Positions 40,734 to 51,052 of a DNA stretch of 64,000 bases are shown here, one piece after another. The translations under genes and the position numbers were made by a program. Origin of the DNA: an uncultured Candidatus Rokubacteria bacterium (GTDB lineage Bacteria > Methylomirabilota > Methylomirabilia > Rokubacteriales > DASRDR01); assembly GCA_963708025.1 (NCBI GenBank), contig CAVPSB010000002.1:320001-384000 (forward strand), given 5' to 3'. Within the stretch, counting starts at the first letter, position 1; each line of letters opens with the position of its first letter. The notes beneath the pieces were generated by a model. It saw only the letters and a list, made by a program, of their open reading frames with translations. It had not been told where the DNA came from and made no database searches.

Positions 40734-41638
40734 TGACGGCCGCCCGCGGCGCCGGGGGCGAGCCCGACGCGGGACCCGTTCCGGCGGCGGGCCGATCGGG
40801 GTTCGCCGGCCGCCTCCGGAAGAGCCGGCATGCCCTGGTCGGGGGGGTCCTGGTCGGGACCTTCCTGCTCGTCGGGCTCCTGGCGCCTGTCCTCGCGCCC
40901 CACGACCCGCTCCGGCAGGATCTCGACCGCCGGGTGGCCCCGGGGCTGTGGGCGGGCGAGACGGCGCACCCGCTCGGGACCGACGAGCTCGGGCGGGACA
41001 TCCTGAGCCGGATCGTCTACGGGGCGCGGGTGTCGCTGGTGGTCGGCTTCATCGCGCTGGTCATCATGAACGTGTTCGGGATCACGCTGGGGGCCACCGC
41101 CGGCTACCTGGGCGGCCGGGTGGACGCCGTGGTGATGCGCGTGATGGACGTGCTCCTGGCCTTCCCCTACATCATCCTGGCGATCGCGATCATGGCCGTG
41201 CTCGGGCAGGGGGTCGTCAACGCCGTGATCGCGATCAGCGTCGTCTACACGCCGACGCTGGCGCGGATCGTGCGGAGCGTGGCGCTCCAGCTGCGGGAGC
41301 GGCAGTTCGTCGAGGCCGCCCGCGCCCTGGGGGGCGGGACCGCACGCGTGCTCGGGCGGCACGTGCTGCCCAACGCCGTGCCCCAGGTCATCGTGTTCTC
41401 GGCGCTGTCGCTGGGGGAGACGATCCTGTACATCGCGGCGCTCGGCTTCCTGGGCCTCGGGATCGCCCCGCCCACGCCGGAGTGGGGCGCCATGATCAGC
41501 ACCGGCAAGGATCACCTGATCCTGGGCCAGTGGTGGCCGTCCGCTTTCCCGGGGCTGTCGATCATGCTGGCGGCGCTCGGCTTCGTCCTCCTCGGCGACG
41601 GGCTGCGCGACACGCTCGATCCCCGGCTCCGCACATGA
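40733..41638 (+). CDS. peptide ABC permease (DppC-like); probable CTG start
   Basis: HPLGTDELGRD, FVEAARALG, PEWG; frame open back to CTG 40733 behind GGAGG. Confidence 0.88.
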   Translation: MTAARGAGGEPDAGPVPAAGRSGFAGRLRKSRHALVGGVLVGTFLLVGLLAPVLAPHDPLRQDLDRRVAPGLWAGETAHPLGTDELGRDILSRIVYGARVSLVVGFIALVIMNVFGITLGATAGYLGGRVDAVVMRVMDVLLAFPYIILAIAIMAVLGQGVVNAVIAISVVYTPTLARIVRSVALQLRERQFVEAARALGGGTARVLGRHVLPNAVPQVIVFSALSLGETILYIAALGFLGLGIAPPTPEWGAMISTGKDHLILGQWWPSAFPGLSIMLAALGFVLLGDGLRDTLDPRLRT

Positions 41639-41773
41639 GAGTGTGTGAAGGATTGCGGTTCTCCGGCTCCCCCTCCCCCCGGCCAAAGGCCGAAGGCCGT
41701 CGACATCGGTGGGGGAGGGGGCCAAAGGCCGAAGGCCGTCGAAGGATCGGGGTAGGCGGGAGGACCCGATCCA
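41639..41773 (+). repeat. family A repeat flanked by ATGA/ATGA
   Basis: GAGTGTGTGAAG..2x GGCCGAAGGCCGTCGA..GGCGGGAGGACCCGA. Confidence 0.8.
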
Positions 41774-42501
41774 TGATCCCGCGCGCGATCTACGGCCAGG
41801 CGGTGGGGGTCGTGATGCAGCAGGACCGCATCGTGCGGCTGCCCGGGGACGTCGGCAACGCGACGACGTTCCCGTTCCCGGTGCGGTACGAGCTGGTGGA
41901 GGGCGTGGACCCCGCGGAGCTCAAGTCGCCGGACCGGGCCCGGGCGGCGGCCCCGGCCTTCGCCCGGGCCGCCCGGGCGCTGGAGGCGGCCGGCGCCCGG
42001 GTCATCGGGACCGGATGCGGCTACCTGTCGATCCTCCAGGACGAGATCCAGGCGGCGGTCCGCGTCCCGGTTCTCAGCAGCAGCCTCCTCCAGGTGCCCT
42101 GGGTGGCGCGGACGCTCGGCCCCGGGCGCCGCGTGGGCATCGTGACCGCCGACAGCCGGGCGCTCGGCGACGCGTACTTCGAGCCGCTCGGCTGGACGAG
42201 CCGCACGGTGCCGGTGGCGATCGTCGGGATCGAGCACGAGACGGAGTTCATCGAGCTCCTGTTCCATCCTGACGTCGAGGAGGACGAGGTCCGCCGCATG
42301 CACCAGGCCATGGGCCGGCTCGTCCGCCGGTTCGTCGAGGCGACCCCGGACGTCGGCGCCCTGGTGCTGGAGTGCACGAACCTCCCGCCGTTCGCGGCCA
42401 CGATGCAGCGGGCGACCGGGCTCCCGGTGTTCGACGTGGTGACGCTCCTGTCCTGGGCCCAGGCCGGCGCCGTGCGACAACCGTTCACCGGCTACCTGTA
42501 G
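41773..42501 (+). CDS. Asp/Glu/hydantoin racemase family protein
   Basis: PGDVGNATTF, TGCG and ECTNLPP cysteines. Confidence 0.85.
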   Translation: MIPRAIYGQAVGVVMQQDRIVRLPGDVGNATTFPFPVRYELVEGVDPAELKSPDRARAAAPAFARAARALEAAGARVIGTGCGYLSILQDEIQAAVRVPVLSSSLLQVPWVARTLGPGRRVGIVTADSRALGDAYFEPLGWTSRTVPVAIVGIEHETEFIELLFHPDVEEDEVRRMHQAMGRLVRRFVEATPDVGALVLECTNLPPFAATMQRATGLPVFDVVTLLSWAQAGAVRQPFTGYL

Positions 42502-42516
42502 GCGTCCGGCGACGGG

Positions 42517-43522
42517 ATGCGCCGCCACGTCCTCGCGCGGCTGGGCAGCGTTCCACCGACGCTCCTCGGCGTCGCGGTGGTGGTGTTCGTCCTCATCCGG
42601 CTGATCCCGGGGGACCCCGCCGAGGTGATGCTCGGGGGATTCGCGACCCCCGAGCGGACCGTGGAGATGCGGCGGCAGCTGGGGCTCGACCGGCCCGTCG
42701 TCGTCCAGTTCGGCTGGTGGCTCGGTGGGCTCGTCCAGGGGGACCTGGGCCGGTCGATCATGACGCGGCGGCCGGTGGCGGAGGAGATCTGGAGTCGCTT
42801 CCCGGCGACTCTCGAGCTGACGCTCTGCGCGACGGGGTTCGCGGTGGTGGTGGGCGTCACCCTGGGGGTCGTCTCCGCCGCCGCGCACAACACGCGGCTC
42901 GACCTCGGCCTGACGATCGTGAGCGTCCTGGGGATGTCGACGCCGATCTTCTGGTTCGGGCTGATGCTGCTCTACGTCTTCGGCGTGTGGCTTGGCGCTC
43001 CTGCCGATCTCCGGCCGGCTGGACGTCGGCACCAGCCTGCCGCGCCTGACCGGCCTCGTCCTGGTGGACAGCGCGCTCCAGGGTCGCTGGAGCGTGTGGG
43101 CCGACGGGCTCAAACACCTCCTGCTCCCCGCGTTCTCGCTCGCGGTCATTCCCATCGCCACGCTCTCCCGGATGACGCGGGCCGGCATGCTCGACATCCT
43201 GCGCCAGGACTACGTGGCCGTCGCCCGGGCCAAGGGGCTGGGAGAGCCCGCCGTCGTCGGGCGCCACGCCCTGAAGAACGCCCTGATCCCGGTCGTCACC
43301 GTGGCCGCCACCCGCTTCGGCATGCAGCTCGCCGGGGCCGTCCTGGTGGAGGTCGTCTACGCCTGGCCCGGCGTCGGGCGGCTCGTGTACGACGCGATCC
43401 AGAAGCGTGACTACCCCGTGATCCAGGGGGCGGTCCTGTTCATCGCGGTGATGTTCGTGCTGATCAACCTCCTGACGGATCTCCTCTACGCGGTCCTCGA
43501 CCCGCGGATCCGCCTGGAGTAG
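42517..43522 (+). CDS. peptide ABC permease (DppB-like; frameshift near 42990)
   Basis: LIPGDPA, GDLGRS, then ARAKGL, RDYPVIQG, LDPRIR in second frame. Confidence 0.88.
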
Positions 43523-43535
43523 CCGGGGGGCCGAA

Positions 43536-45122
43536 TTGCTGGACCTGGTCATTCGCGGCGGGATGGTGGTCAACGGCACCGGGCGGCCGGCGTTCCGCGC
43601 CGACCTCGGCGTGGCCGGGGACACGATCGTCGCCGTCGGCGGCGCCATGTCGGAGGCCGCCGCCACGCTGGACGCCACCGGGCTGGTGGTGGCCCCGGGC
43701 TTCGTCGACCTCCACAGCCACTCCGACTACACGCTTCTCCTGAACCGCAACGCCGAGAGCGCGGTCCGGCAAGGCGTGACGACGGAGCTGGTCGGCAACT
43801 GCGGCATGTCCTGCGCGCCCCTGGCCGACCCGGCCCACCTCGCCCTCGTGCTGGCGGATCACATCCCCGGCGTGGAGGCGCGCTGGCGGAGCTTCGGCGA
43901 GTGGCTGGACGCCCTGGCGGACGGCGGCGTGTCGGTGAACGTGGCCGCGCTCGTGGGACACGGCGCCCTGCGCCTGGCGACGCTGGGGCCCGCGCCCCGT
44001 CCGGCGTCGGCGGCGGAGACCGAGGCGATGGCCCGGCGCCTGGACGCCTGCCTGGACGAGGGGGCCTTCGGCCTGTCCTCGGGGCTCGAGTACCCGGCGG
44101 GTCGGCCGGCGACGAGCGAGGAGCTCGTGGCGCTGGCCACGGTCGTCGGGCGGCGCGGTGGGCTCTACGCCACGCACATCCGCAACCGCGACTACCAGTA
44201 CCTGGACGCGGTCCAGGAGGCCCTCGACACCGGGACGGCTGCCGGGGCGCGGCTCCAGGTCTCGCACGTGTCGCCCCGCTGGGGTGTCGGGGACGGCGCG
44301 GCCGAGGAGGCGCTCCGGCGGATCGAGCGCGTCCGCGAGTCGGGTCTCGACGTCGCCTTCGACAACCACCCGTACGTCTTCGGGCGGGGCCTGGTGATGG
44401 CGGCGCTGCCGCCCTGGGCGTTCGAGGGCGGGATCCAGCGACTCCACGCGCGCCTCCGCGACCCGGCGGAGCGGGCCCGCCTGCGACGGAACGAGAGTCC
44501 CCAGTGGAAGCACGTCCACCAGGGGCGATGGGACCTGATCCGCATCTACGACGCGCCGTCCACGCGCGCGGTCGAGGGCCAGACGGTGGCCGACATCGCC
44601 GCCGCCGGGCGCCAGGACCCGTGGGACGTCGTGTTCGATTTGCTGCTGGCCGAGGGCGACCATCCGGGGTCGCTGTTCTGGTCGGCCCCGATCCACCGCC
44701 AGGAGGACGTCAACGCGACCTTCCGCGACTCCCGGAGCGCGATCATGTCCGACGGCTCGACGGTCGCCCCCTACGGCCCCTGCCGGAACGTCCGCCACAT
44801 CTACGCCTACGGCTGGTCGACCCACGTGCTCCGCCGCTACGTGCGGGAGCGCCGAGTCCTGAGCCTGGAGGACGCGGTCCACAAGATGTCCGGGCTCCCG
44901 GCCCGGCGGATGGGGCTCGCCGACCGCGGTACGATCGCACCCGGCCAGAAGGCCGACCTCGTCGTGCTCGACCCGGCCCGGGCCGCCGACCGGGCCACGT
45001 TCGAGCAGCCGATCGCGTTCCCGGAGGGGATCCACCACGTCTTCGTCAACGGGGCGTGGACGGTCCGGGGCGGCGACCATACCGGAGCGCGGGCCGGGCG
45101 GGTCCTCCGGCGCGCCGCGTAG
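43536..45122 (+). CDS. N-acyl-D-amino-acid deacylase
   Basis: PGFVDLHSHSD, GNCG, THIR, ADLVVLDP. Confidence 0.9.
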   Translation: MLDLVIRGGMVVNGTGRPAFRADLGVAGDTIVAVGGAMSEAAATLDATGLVVAPGFVDLHSHSDYTLLLNRNAESAVRQGVTTELVGNCGMSCAPLADPAHLALVLADHIPGVEARWRSFGEWLDALADGGVSVNVAALVGHGALRLATLGPAPRPASAAETEAMARRLDACLDEGAFGLSSGLEYPAGRPATSEELVALATVVGRRGGLYATHIRNRDYQYLDAVQEALDTGTAAGARLQVSHVSPRWGVGDGAAEEALRRIERVRESGLDVAFDNHPYVFGRGLVMAALPPWAFEGGIQRLHARLRDPAERARLRRNESPQWKHVHQGRWDLIRIYDAPSTRAVEGQTVADIAAAGRQDPWDVVFDLLLAEGDHPGSLFWSAPIHRQEDVNATFRDSRSAIMSDGSTVAPYGPCRNVRHIYAYGWSTHVLRRYVRERRVLSLEDAVHKMSGLPARRMGLADRGTIAPGQKADLVVLDPARAADRATFEQPIAFPEGIHHVFVNGAWTVRGGDHTGARAGRVLRRAA

Positions 45123-45164
45123 CCGGGCGTCGCGGGCCCCGGATCCCCGGCCGCGCTCCCGGTG

Positions 45165-45212
45165 TCAGGCGGCGAAGCCGCCGTCGATGGTCAGGCTGGC
45201 GCCGGTGACGTT
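45165..45212 (-). pseudogene. C-terminal remnant of SDR oxidoreductase
   Basis: NVTGASLTIDGGFAA* immediately downstream of acdS. Confidence 0.5.
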
Positions 45213-45227
45213 TGGCTCCGTTGGGTG

Positions 45228-46235
45228 TTACCGGAAGAGCGCGCTGTACGCGTTGAGCGCCGGCTGGCCGCCGAGGTGGGCGTAGAGCACCGTCGAGCCC
45301 TTCTCGATCTCGCCGCTGGACACGAGGTCGATCAGACCGGCCATCGACTTGCCCTCGTAGACCGGATCCGTGATCATGCCCTCGAGTCGCGCGGCCAGCC
45401 GGATCGCCGCCAGGGTCCGGTCGTCCGGGATCCCGTAGGTGCCGGCGTGGTACCGGTCGTCGAGGAGGATCTCGTCGTCCCGGAGGTCACGGCCGATGCC
45501 GATGAGGGCGGCGGTCTGGCGGGCGATGCGCGCCACCTGCTCGTGGGTCTCCTTGGCCTTGGCGGAGGCGTCGATCCCGACGACGCGGCGCGGCCGGTCC
45601 TGCGCCGCGAAGCCGGCGATCATCCCGGCCTGCGTGCTCCCCGTCACCGAGCAGACGACGACGGTGTCGAAGAAGACGCCCAGGTCGCGCTCCTGCTGCG
45701 CGACCTCCTGGGCCCAGCGCGCGAAGCCGAGGCCGCCGAGCCGGTGGTCCGACGCGCCAGCCGGGATCGCGTACGGCTTTCCCCCGGCCGCTTCGATCTC
45801 GGCGATGGCACGCTCCCAGCTCTCCTTGAACCCGATCCCGAACGCGGCCGAGACGAGCCGGACGTCCGCGCCGAGGATCCGGCTGAGGAGGATGTTGCCC
45901 ACGCGATCGTAGACCGCGTCGGGCCAGTCCACCCAGCTCTCCTGGATCAGCACGCACTTCATTCCCACGCGGGCGGCCGCGGCCGCCACCTGGCGGGTGT
46001 GGTTGGACTGGACGCCGCCGATCGAGACGAGCGTGTCACACCGCTGCCGGATCGCTTCGGCCACGAGGTACTCGAGCTTGCGGGCCTTGTTGCCCCCGAA
46101 GGCGAGCCCGCTGTTGCAGTCGTCGCGCTTCGCCCAGATGCGAGCCCCGCCGAGGTGCGAGCCGAGCCGCTCCAGCGGGTGCAGGGGCGAGGGCCCGAAC
46201 AGCAGGGGATAGCGGTCGAACGAGTCCAGCTTCAT
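45228..46235 (-). CDS. acdS: 1-aminocyclopropane-1-carboxylate deaminase
   Basis: [25 protein letters not shown] and HLGG diagnostic residues. Confidence 0.92.
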   Translation of the reverse strand: MKLDSFDRYPLLFGPSPLHPLERLGSHLGGARIWAKRDDCNSGLAFGGNKARKLEYLVAEAIRQRCDTLVSIGGVQSNHTRQVAAAAARVGMKCVLIQESWVDWPDAVYDRVGNILLSRILGADVRLVSAAFGIGFKESWERAIAEIEAAGGKPYAIPAGASDHRLGGLGFARWAQEVAQQERDLGVFFDTVVVCSVTGSTQAGMIAGFAAQDRPRRVVGIDASAKAKETHEQVARIARQTAALIGIGRDLRDDEILLDDRYHAGTYGIPDDRTLAAIRLAARLEGMITDPVYEGKSMAGLIDLVSSGEIEKGSTVLYAHLGGQPALNAYSALFR

Positions 46236-46369
46236 TGCGCCCTCATGTCGGCCCTGACGTGGCCGCGCTCGGCCGCCCCATCCGGGCGGCGGCCGGGTGG
46301 CCACCAGCGGAGTCCCGCGTCAGGCGCGGCGATGCTCGGCGAGTCCGGAGGGGGATGGTGAACCGAGAA

Positions 46370-46822
46370 TCAGGGTCGGGGACGACCTGATAGGCGACTC
46401 CCCCGCCCATGTAGACCGGCCGATAGAAGCCGCCCCCGCAGCTGAAGTACTGGACGCCGTTGACGACGACAGGGGGGCAGCCGGCCGGGAGGGCATAGAC
46501 CACCGTGCCCACCATGACCGGAGGCGGAGCGGCGTAGACCACGGGCGGCGGCGCATAGACGACCGGCGGCGGGGCATACACGACCGCCGGCTGGGCGGCC
46601 GACGCCACCGCGGCGCCGGCCACCGCCCCCACCGCCACGCCGGCGACCGCGGCGCCGGCCACCGCCGCGCCGCCGTAGCAACAGCGGCTGTGATAGCAGC
46701 AGCGGTTGCCTCCGACGGCGACGGCGCCGTGATAGCCGCGCGCGGCGACCCAGGCGTGGGCCGGCGCCGCGATCGCTCCCAGGAGACGCCACGGTGACTG
46801 CGAGGAGCGTGAATCGCTTCAT
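46370..46822 (-). CDS. secreted Ala/Pro-rich hypothetical protein (frameshift near 46790; 3' end uncertain)
   Basis: Signal peptide, (VVYAPPP) repeats, LPAGC..VNGVQYFSCGG.FYRP. Confidence 0.6.
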   Translation of the reverse strand: MKRFTLLAVTVASPGSDRGAGPRLGRRARLSRRRRRRRQPLLLSQPLLLRRRGGGRRRGRRRGGGGGGRRRGGVGRPAGGRVCPAAGRLCAAARGLRRSASGHGGHGGLCPPGRLPPCRRQRRPVLQLRGRLLSAGLHGRGSRLSGRPRP

Positions 46823-46842
46823 GATGAGACCTCTCCCGTCGT

Positions 46843-47652
46843 CTAGTTGCCCGGCGCGGCGGTCTTCAGCTCCACCTGCGTCGCCTTGGGCGGCTTGACG
46901 AAGACGAATTGACCCGCGGGAACGCTGACGTTCAGCTTCCAGTCCGAGAAGATCGCGAGCATCCGCGGGGCCCCCGGCGCCTTCTTGTAGACGATCGCGA
47001 GCCGGCGGGGCAGCGGGCGCTTGCCGGCCTCGACCCATAGCTGCCAGTCGGCGTCGTCCTCGCCGAAGAGCAGGTGTCGGCAATCGACGCCGTCCACCTT
47101 CACCACCCCGAGATCGACGGCGGTGTTGAGGCCGTCCCGCATCTTGTCGTAGGGATCGGCCAGCAAGACCCCCGCCACCGGGAAGGAGGTTTGGAACTTC
47201 TCCATCAGCAGCATGAGCGTCTCGTCCGTGGTGGCCGGAGCGTCGATCTGTGAGAAGAAGCCCTGGGTTGGGTCGAAGAGCGATACCACCTTGCCGTCGT
47301 ATCGCAAGATCGTGTTCCGGACGTCTCCCGCCACGTCGAGTCGCAGCTTGTTGGGTCGGGTGAGCGCCACCTTGACGTGATGGAAGAAGTCCACGATCTG
47401 ACCGGTCTGCGCCACCTGCTCGTGCACCGTGCGGTACGTGAAGGTGAAGCTCTTGGCATTCTTGAGGAGGTCGCTCATCCGCTTGAGCGTGTCCAGCGCC
47501 GCCGGCTCGATGGGAGGCGCCTCTTGCGCCGCGACCGCCGGCGGGGTCTGTCCGGCCTGAGACTGGGCGGCGGCGGATCCGACCCACAGCAGGGCCAGCG
47601 CCAGCCCACAGAGAAACATCGCGGTGAGCGATCTCGAGGCCTTCAGGTCCAT
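46843..47652 (-). CDS. DUF2092 periplasmic protein
   Basis: RPNKLR, YDGK, CRHLLF..DWQLWV..PLP, FSDWKLN. Confidence 0.85.
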   Translation of the reverse strand: MDLKASRSLTAMFLCGLALALLWVGSAAAQSQAGQTPPAVAAQEAPPIEPAALDTLKRMSDLLKNAKSFTFTYRTVHEQVAQTGQIVDFFHHVKVALTRPNKLRLDVAGDVRNTILRYDGKVVSLFDPTQGFFSQIDAPATTDETLMLLMEKFQTSFPVAGVLLADPYDKMRDGLNTAVDLGVVKVDGVDCRHLLFGEDDADWQLWVEAGKRPLPRRLAIVYKKAPGAPRMLAIFSDWKLNVSVPAGQFVFVKPPKATQVELKTAAPGN

Positions 47653-47905
47653 CGTCTCCGCTCCAGTCGGCGAGGAATGCACGCCCTCCCGGCCCCATTT
47701 TAATCCTGGACCGCCTCGGGCGAGCCGTCAAGCCCTTAAGGGTGTCCGTGGTGGTTGCGGGCCGGAAGACGACGCGCCTGTCCCTCGACTCGCTCACTAC
47801 GGCGGCGACAGGGTTGACCCGGGGCCGCCGCTCGCCGCACAGTAGCGTGAGCCGGGGACGTGTGGGAGCGGTGAACGCCCGAAGGATCGAGCAAGGGGGT
47901 GGGCG

Positions 47906-48895
47906 ATGGCGCAGGCCCGCGCGATGAGCTACGAGGTCGTCGAGGGCTGGGAGCAGCTTCCCGGCGGATACGCGCACCGCGATGTCGCGGGGGTGGCGGT
48001 CAACGCCGAGGATCGGGTCTTCCTGATCTGCCGCGGCGATCACCCGATCATCGTCTACGACCAGAAGGGCAGCTTCGTGGGCTCCTGGGGCGAGGGCGAG
48101 TTCACCTACCGGACCCATGGCATCACGGTCGGCCCGGACGGCATGCTCTACTGCACGGACGACGGCAACCACACCGTGCGGAAGTTCACGCCGGGCGGCA
48201 AGCTGCTGATGACCCTGGGGACCATGAACACGCCGGCGGCCACCGGCTACGACGGCAAGGACTACCTGACCATCGCGCGGCCCGCCGGGCCGTTCAATCG
48301 GCCGACGAACCTCGCGGTCGGGCCGACGGGGGACCTCTACGTCTCCGACGGCTACGGCAACTGCCGGGTCCACCAGTTCTCCCCGACCGGTGAGCTGAGG
48401 CGGTCCTGGGGCGCCCCGGGCACCGGCCCCGGCCAGTTTCACGTGCCGCACGGCATCGCCGCCGCGGCGGACGGGCGCGTCTTCGTCTGTGACCGCGAGA
48501 ACGACCGGATCCAGATCTTCAGCCCGGACGGCGAGTACCTCGGCGAGTGGACCGACACCCAGCGGCCCACGCACCTCGTGTTCGACGCGGAAGGTCGGGC
48601 CTACGTCTCCGAGCTGTGGTGGCACAAGGGCCAGACGTCGCGACGCCACGGACCCATCCAGGAAGCGAGGCCCGGCCGGGTCAGCGTGTACGACAAGGAG
48701 GGTCGGGTCCTGGTGCGCTGGGGCAGCGCGGATGCCTGCGCGCCGGGCAGCTTCGCCGCGCCGCATGGTCTGGCCGTGGACTCGCGAGGCGACGTCTACG
48801 TGAGCGAGGTGACCTGGACGTTCGCCGTGAGCCGAGGGCACGTCCCGGAGGGCTGCCACACGTTCCAGAAATTCGCGCTGAAGCCCGCGCCATGA
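47906..48895 (+). CDS. NHL-repeat beta-propeller (PAL-like) protein
   Basis: FNRPTNLAV..YVSDGYGN, FHVPHGI..CDRENDRIQ. Confidence 0.88.
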   Translation: MAQARAMSYEVVEGWEQLPGGYAHRDVAGVAVNAEDRVFLICRGDHPIIVYDQKGSFVGSWGEGEFTYRTHGITVGPDGMLYCTDDGNHTVRKFTPGGKLLMTLGTMNTPAATGYDGKDYLTIARPAGPFNRPTNLAVGPTGDLYVSDGYGNCRVHQFSPTGELRRSWGAPGTGPGQFHVPHGIAAAADGRVFVCDRENDRIQIFSPDGEYLGEWTDTQRPTHLVFDAEGRAYVSELWWHKGQTSRRHGPIQEARPGRVSVYDKEGRVLVRWGSADACAPGSFAAPHGLAVDSRGDVYVSEVTWTFAVSRGHVPEGCHTFQKFALKPAP

Positions 48896-49377
48896 CCGAG
48901 CTGGCGACGATGGCCGCGTCGCTGGGGGCGCTGCTCAAGCGGAGGCAGGAGACCCTGGCCGTCGCGGAGTCGTCGGCGGGCGGATTGATCTCGGCGGCGC
49001 TCCTGGCCGTCCCCGGCGCCTCCGCCTACTTCCTCGGCGGAGGGGTGATCTACACGCAGGCGGCGCGGCGCGCGCTGCTGCGGCTAGAGGACGAGTCGCT
49101 GGCGGGGATCCGGGCGAGCACCGAGGCGTACGCGCTCCTGAAAGCGCGGCGGATTCGCGAGCTGCTGGGCGCGACGTGGGGATTGGCCGAGACGGGTGCG
49201 AGCGGGCCGGCGGGCAACCGGTACGGCGACGCGGCGGGCCACGCCTGCCTCGCGGTGGCGGGACCGGTCGAGCGCGCGATCACGCTGGAGACCGGGCATT
49301 CCGATCGGGAGAAGAACATGTGGACGTTCACGCGCGCCGCGCTGGAGCTGCTGGCGACGTCGCTGCCGAAGCCATAG
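48892..49377 (+). CDS. CinA/PncC family protein
   Basis: AVAESSAGG..VPGASAYF, ETGASGP. Confidence 0.88.
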   Translation: MTELATMAASLGALLKRRQETLAVAESSAGGLISAALLAVPGASAYFLGGGVIYTQAARRALLRLEDESLAGIRASTEAYALLKARRIRELLGATWGLAETGASGPAGNRYGDAAGHACLAVAGPVERAITLETGHSDREKNMWTFTRAALELLATSLPKP

Positions 49378-49409
49378 CCCGGGGCGGACCGGTGACATGG
49401 AGGCCATCC

Positions 49410-50396
49410 ATGCAACCCAGGCGAGCGTTCCTGAGTCGGGCCGCGGCCGCGCTGGTCGGCGGGGTGGTCGCCCGTGGCGGGTCGGCGGCGATGCTCCCCG
49501 TCCTGGTCGTGTACGACCCGATCTTCCTCGAGCACCGCGCCGAGGGGCACCCCGAGCGCCCGGAGCGCCTGACCGCCATCATGCGGGCGCTGGCGACGCT
49601 GCCGGGCCTGCGACGGCTCGCACCGCGGGCCGCGACGCCGGCCGAGCTGGAGCTGGTCCACACCGCGGCCCACGTCGAGCGCATGCGGGCGCTGTCGGCG
49701 TCCGGGGGCGGCCCGGTGGACGCCGATACCTACGTGACGCCGCGCACCTTCGAGGCGGCCCGGCACGCGGTCGGCGCGCTACTCGCCGCCGTCGACGAGA
49801 TCGCGGCCGGGCGTGCACGGAACGCGTTCTGCGCGGTGCGTCCGCCCGGGCACCACGCGACGCGCGATCGCGCGATGGGGTTCTGCATCTTCAACCAGGT
49901 CGCGGCGGCCGCCCGGTACGTCCAGGCGCGGACCCCCTGGAAGAAGATCCTGATCGTCGACTTCGACGTCCACCACGGCAACGGGACCCAGGACATCTTC
50001 TATCGTGACGACTCGGTGTTCTACCTGTCGGTCCACCGGGCGCCGTTCTACCCGGGGACCGGCGCCGCGTCCGAGCGGGGTAGTGGGACGACCCTCAACC
50101 TGCCGTTCCCCCTGGGCACGCCCCGGGCCGAGATCCTGGGCGCCTACGAGACCGCCGTGCGCCGGGTCGGGCGGGAGTTCGGACCCGACTTCGTCCTGGT
50201 CTCCGCGGGATTCGACGCCTACCGGGACGACCCCATCGGGGGACTGGGGTACGAGGTCGACGACTATCGCCGGCTGATGGAGGTGGTGGTCGCGGTGGCG
50301 CCGCCCGGCCGGGTCGTCTCTACGCTCGAGGGCGGGTACAGCCTCGATGCGCTAGGGGCCTGCGTGGCCGCCCACCTGGCGCCGATGCTCCGGTAG
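49410..50396 (+). CDS. histone deacetylase family protein with Tat-like leader
   Basis: HPERPERL, RPPGHHA, DFDVHHGNGT, SAGFD, LEGGY; N-term PRRAFL. Confidence 0.9.
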   Translation: MQPRRAFLSRAAAALVGGVVARGGSAAMLPVLVVYDPIFLEHRAEGHPERPERLTAIMRALATLPGLRRLAPRAATPAELELVHTAAHVERMRALSASGGGPVDADTYVTPRTFEAARHAVGALLAAVDEIAAGRARNAFCAVRPPGHHATRDRAMGFCIFNQVAAAARYVQARTPWKKILIVDFDVHHGNGTQDIFYRDDSVFYLSVHRAPFYPGTGAASERGSGTTLNLPFPLGTPRAEILGAYETAVRRVGREFGPDFVLVSAGFDAYRDDPIGGLGYEVDDYRRLMEVVVAVAPPGRVVSTLEGGYSLDALGACVAAHLAPMLR

Positions 50397-50412
50397 GCCG
50401 CGCTGGCCGGGG

Positions 50413-50841
50413 TCACGACCAGTCGCCGGGCCTGGTGCGAAGGCGCTTCACCACGCTTCGTTGCTTCTTGCCGGCGATCCGCTGCTCGCGTGAACTGCGG
50501 GTCGGACGGGTGGCGCGGCGGGGCTTGGGCCGGATCAGCGCGGCGGCGATCAGCTCCCGCACCTTGGCGCGGCAGTCGTCGAGGTTCTGAGATTGGGTAC
50601 GAGCCACCTGGCTCGTCACGACGAGACGGCCGTCGCCGTCGAGGCGATGAGAGGCGAGAGCGAGGAGGCGGCGGCGCGGCGCTTCGCTCAACCCCTCGAT
50701 CGCGCCCAGGTCCACGCGAAGATCAACCTTCGTGGCAACCTTGTTCACGTTCTGGCCGCCGGGACCGGAGGCGCGTGCAGCACGGAGGGTGATGGCTCTC
50801 GCCGGCACCCGCACGGTCTCGCTCACGACAATCGAGTTCAC
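50413..50841 (-). CDS. arfB: ribosome rescue peptidyl-tRNA hydrolase
   Basis: SGPGGQNVNKV, basic C-tail RRATRP. Confidence 0.92.
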   Translation of the reverse strand: MNSIVVSETVRVPARAITLRAARASGPGGQNVNKVATKVDLRVDLGAIEGLSEAPRRRLLALASHRLDGDGRLVVTSQVARTQSQNLDDCRAKVRELIAAALIRPKPRRATRPTRSSREQRIAGKKQRSVVKRLRTRPGDWS

Positions 50842-50866
50842 CACCTCATTCCAGCGAGAGCCGGGT

Positions 50867-51052
50867 TCACGCCTCGTACTCCTGGGTGATCTGGAGCCGC
50901 ACGTCATCCTCGTCGATGACCAGGGCGATGAGGTTGGGCCGGCAGCAGACCGAGCAATCCTCGGTGAAGGTCTGGCGACGGCCCGCGCTCCGGTCGACGA
51001 CGATGTCGTTCTCCTCACCGCAGAACGCGCAGTGGTACGTCACGGTCCCCAT
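50867..51052 (-). CDS. CPXCG-type cysteine-rich small protein
   Basis: CAFCGE..EDCSVCCRPN. Confidence 0.82.
   Translation of the reverse strand: MGTVTYHCAFCGEENDIVVDRSAGRRQTFTEDCSVCCRPNLIALVIDEDDVRLQITQEYEA

Noticed and set aside
41680-41745. Repeated GGCCAAAGGCCGAAGGCCGTCGA as a CRISPR array
   Set aside because: Only two units, very short spacer, part of a dispersed repeat, no cas genes
40948-42501. 517-aa ORF as one protein
   Set aside because: Real racemase starts at ATG 41773; the upstream part is off-frame permease plus repeat
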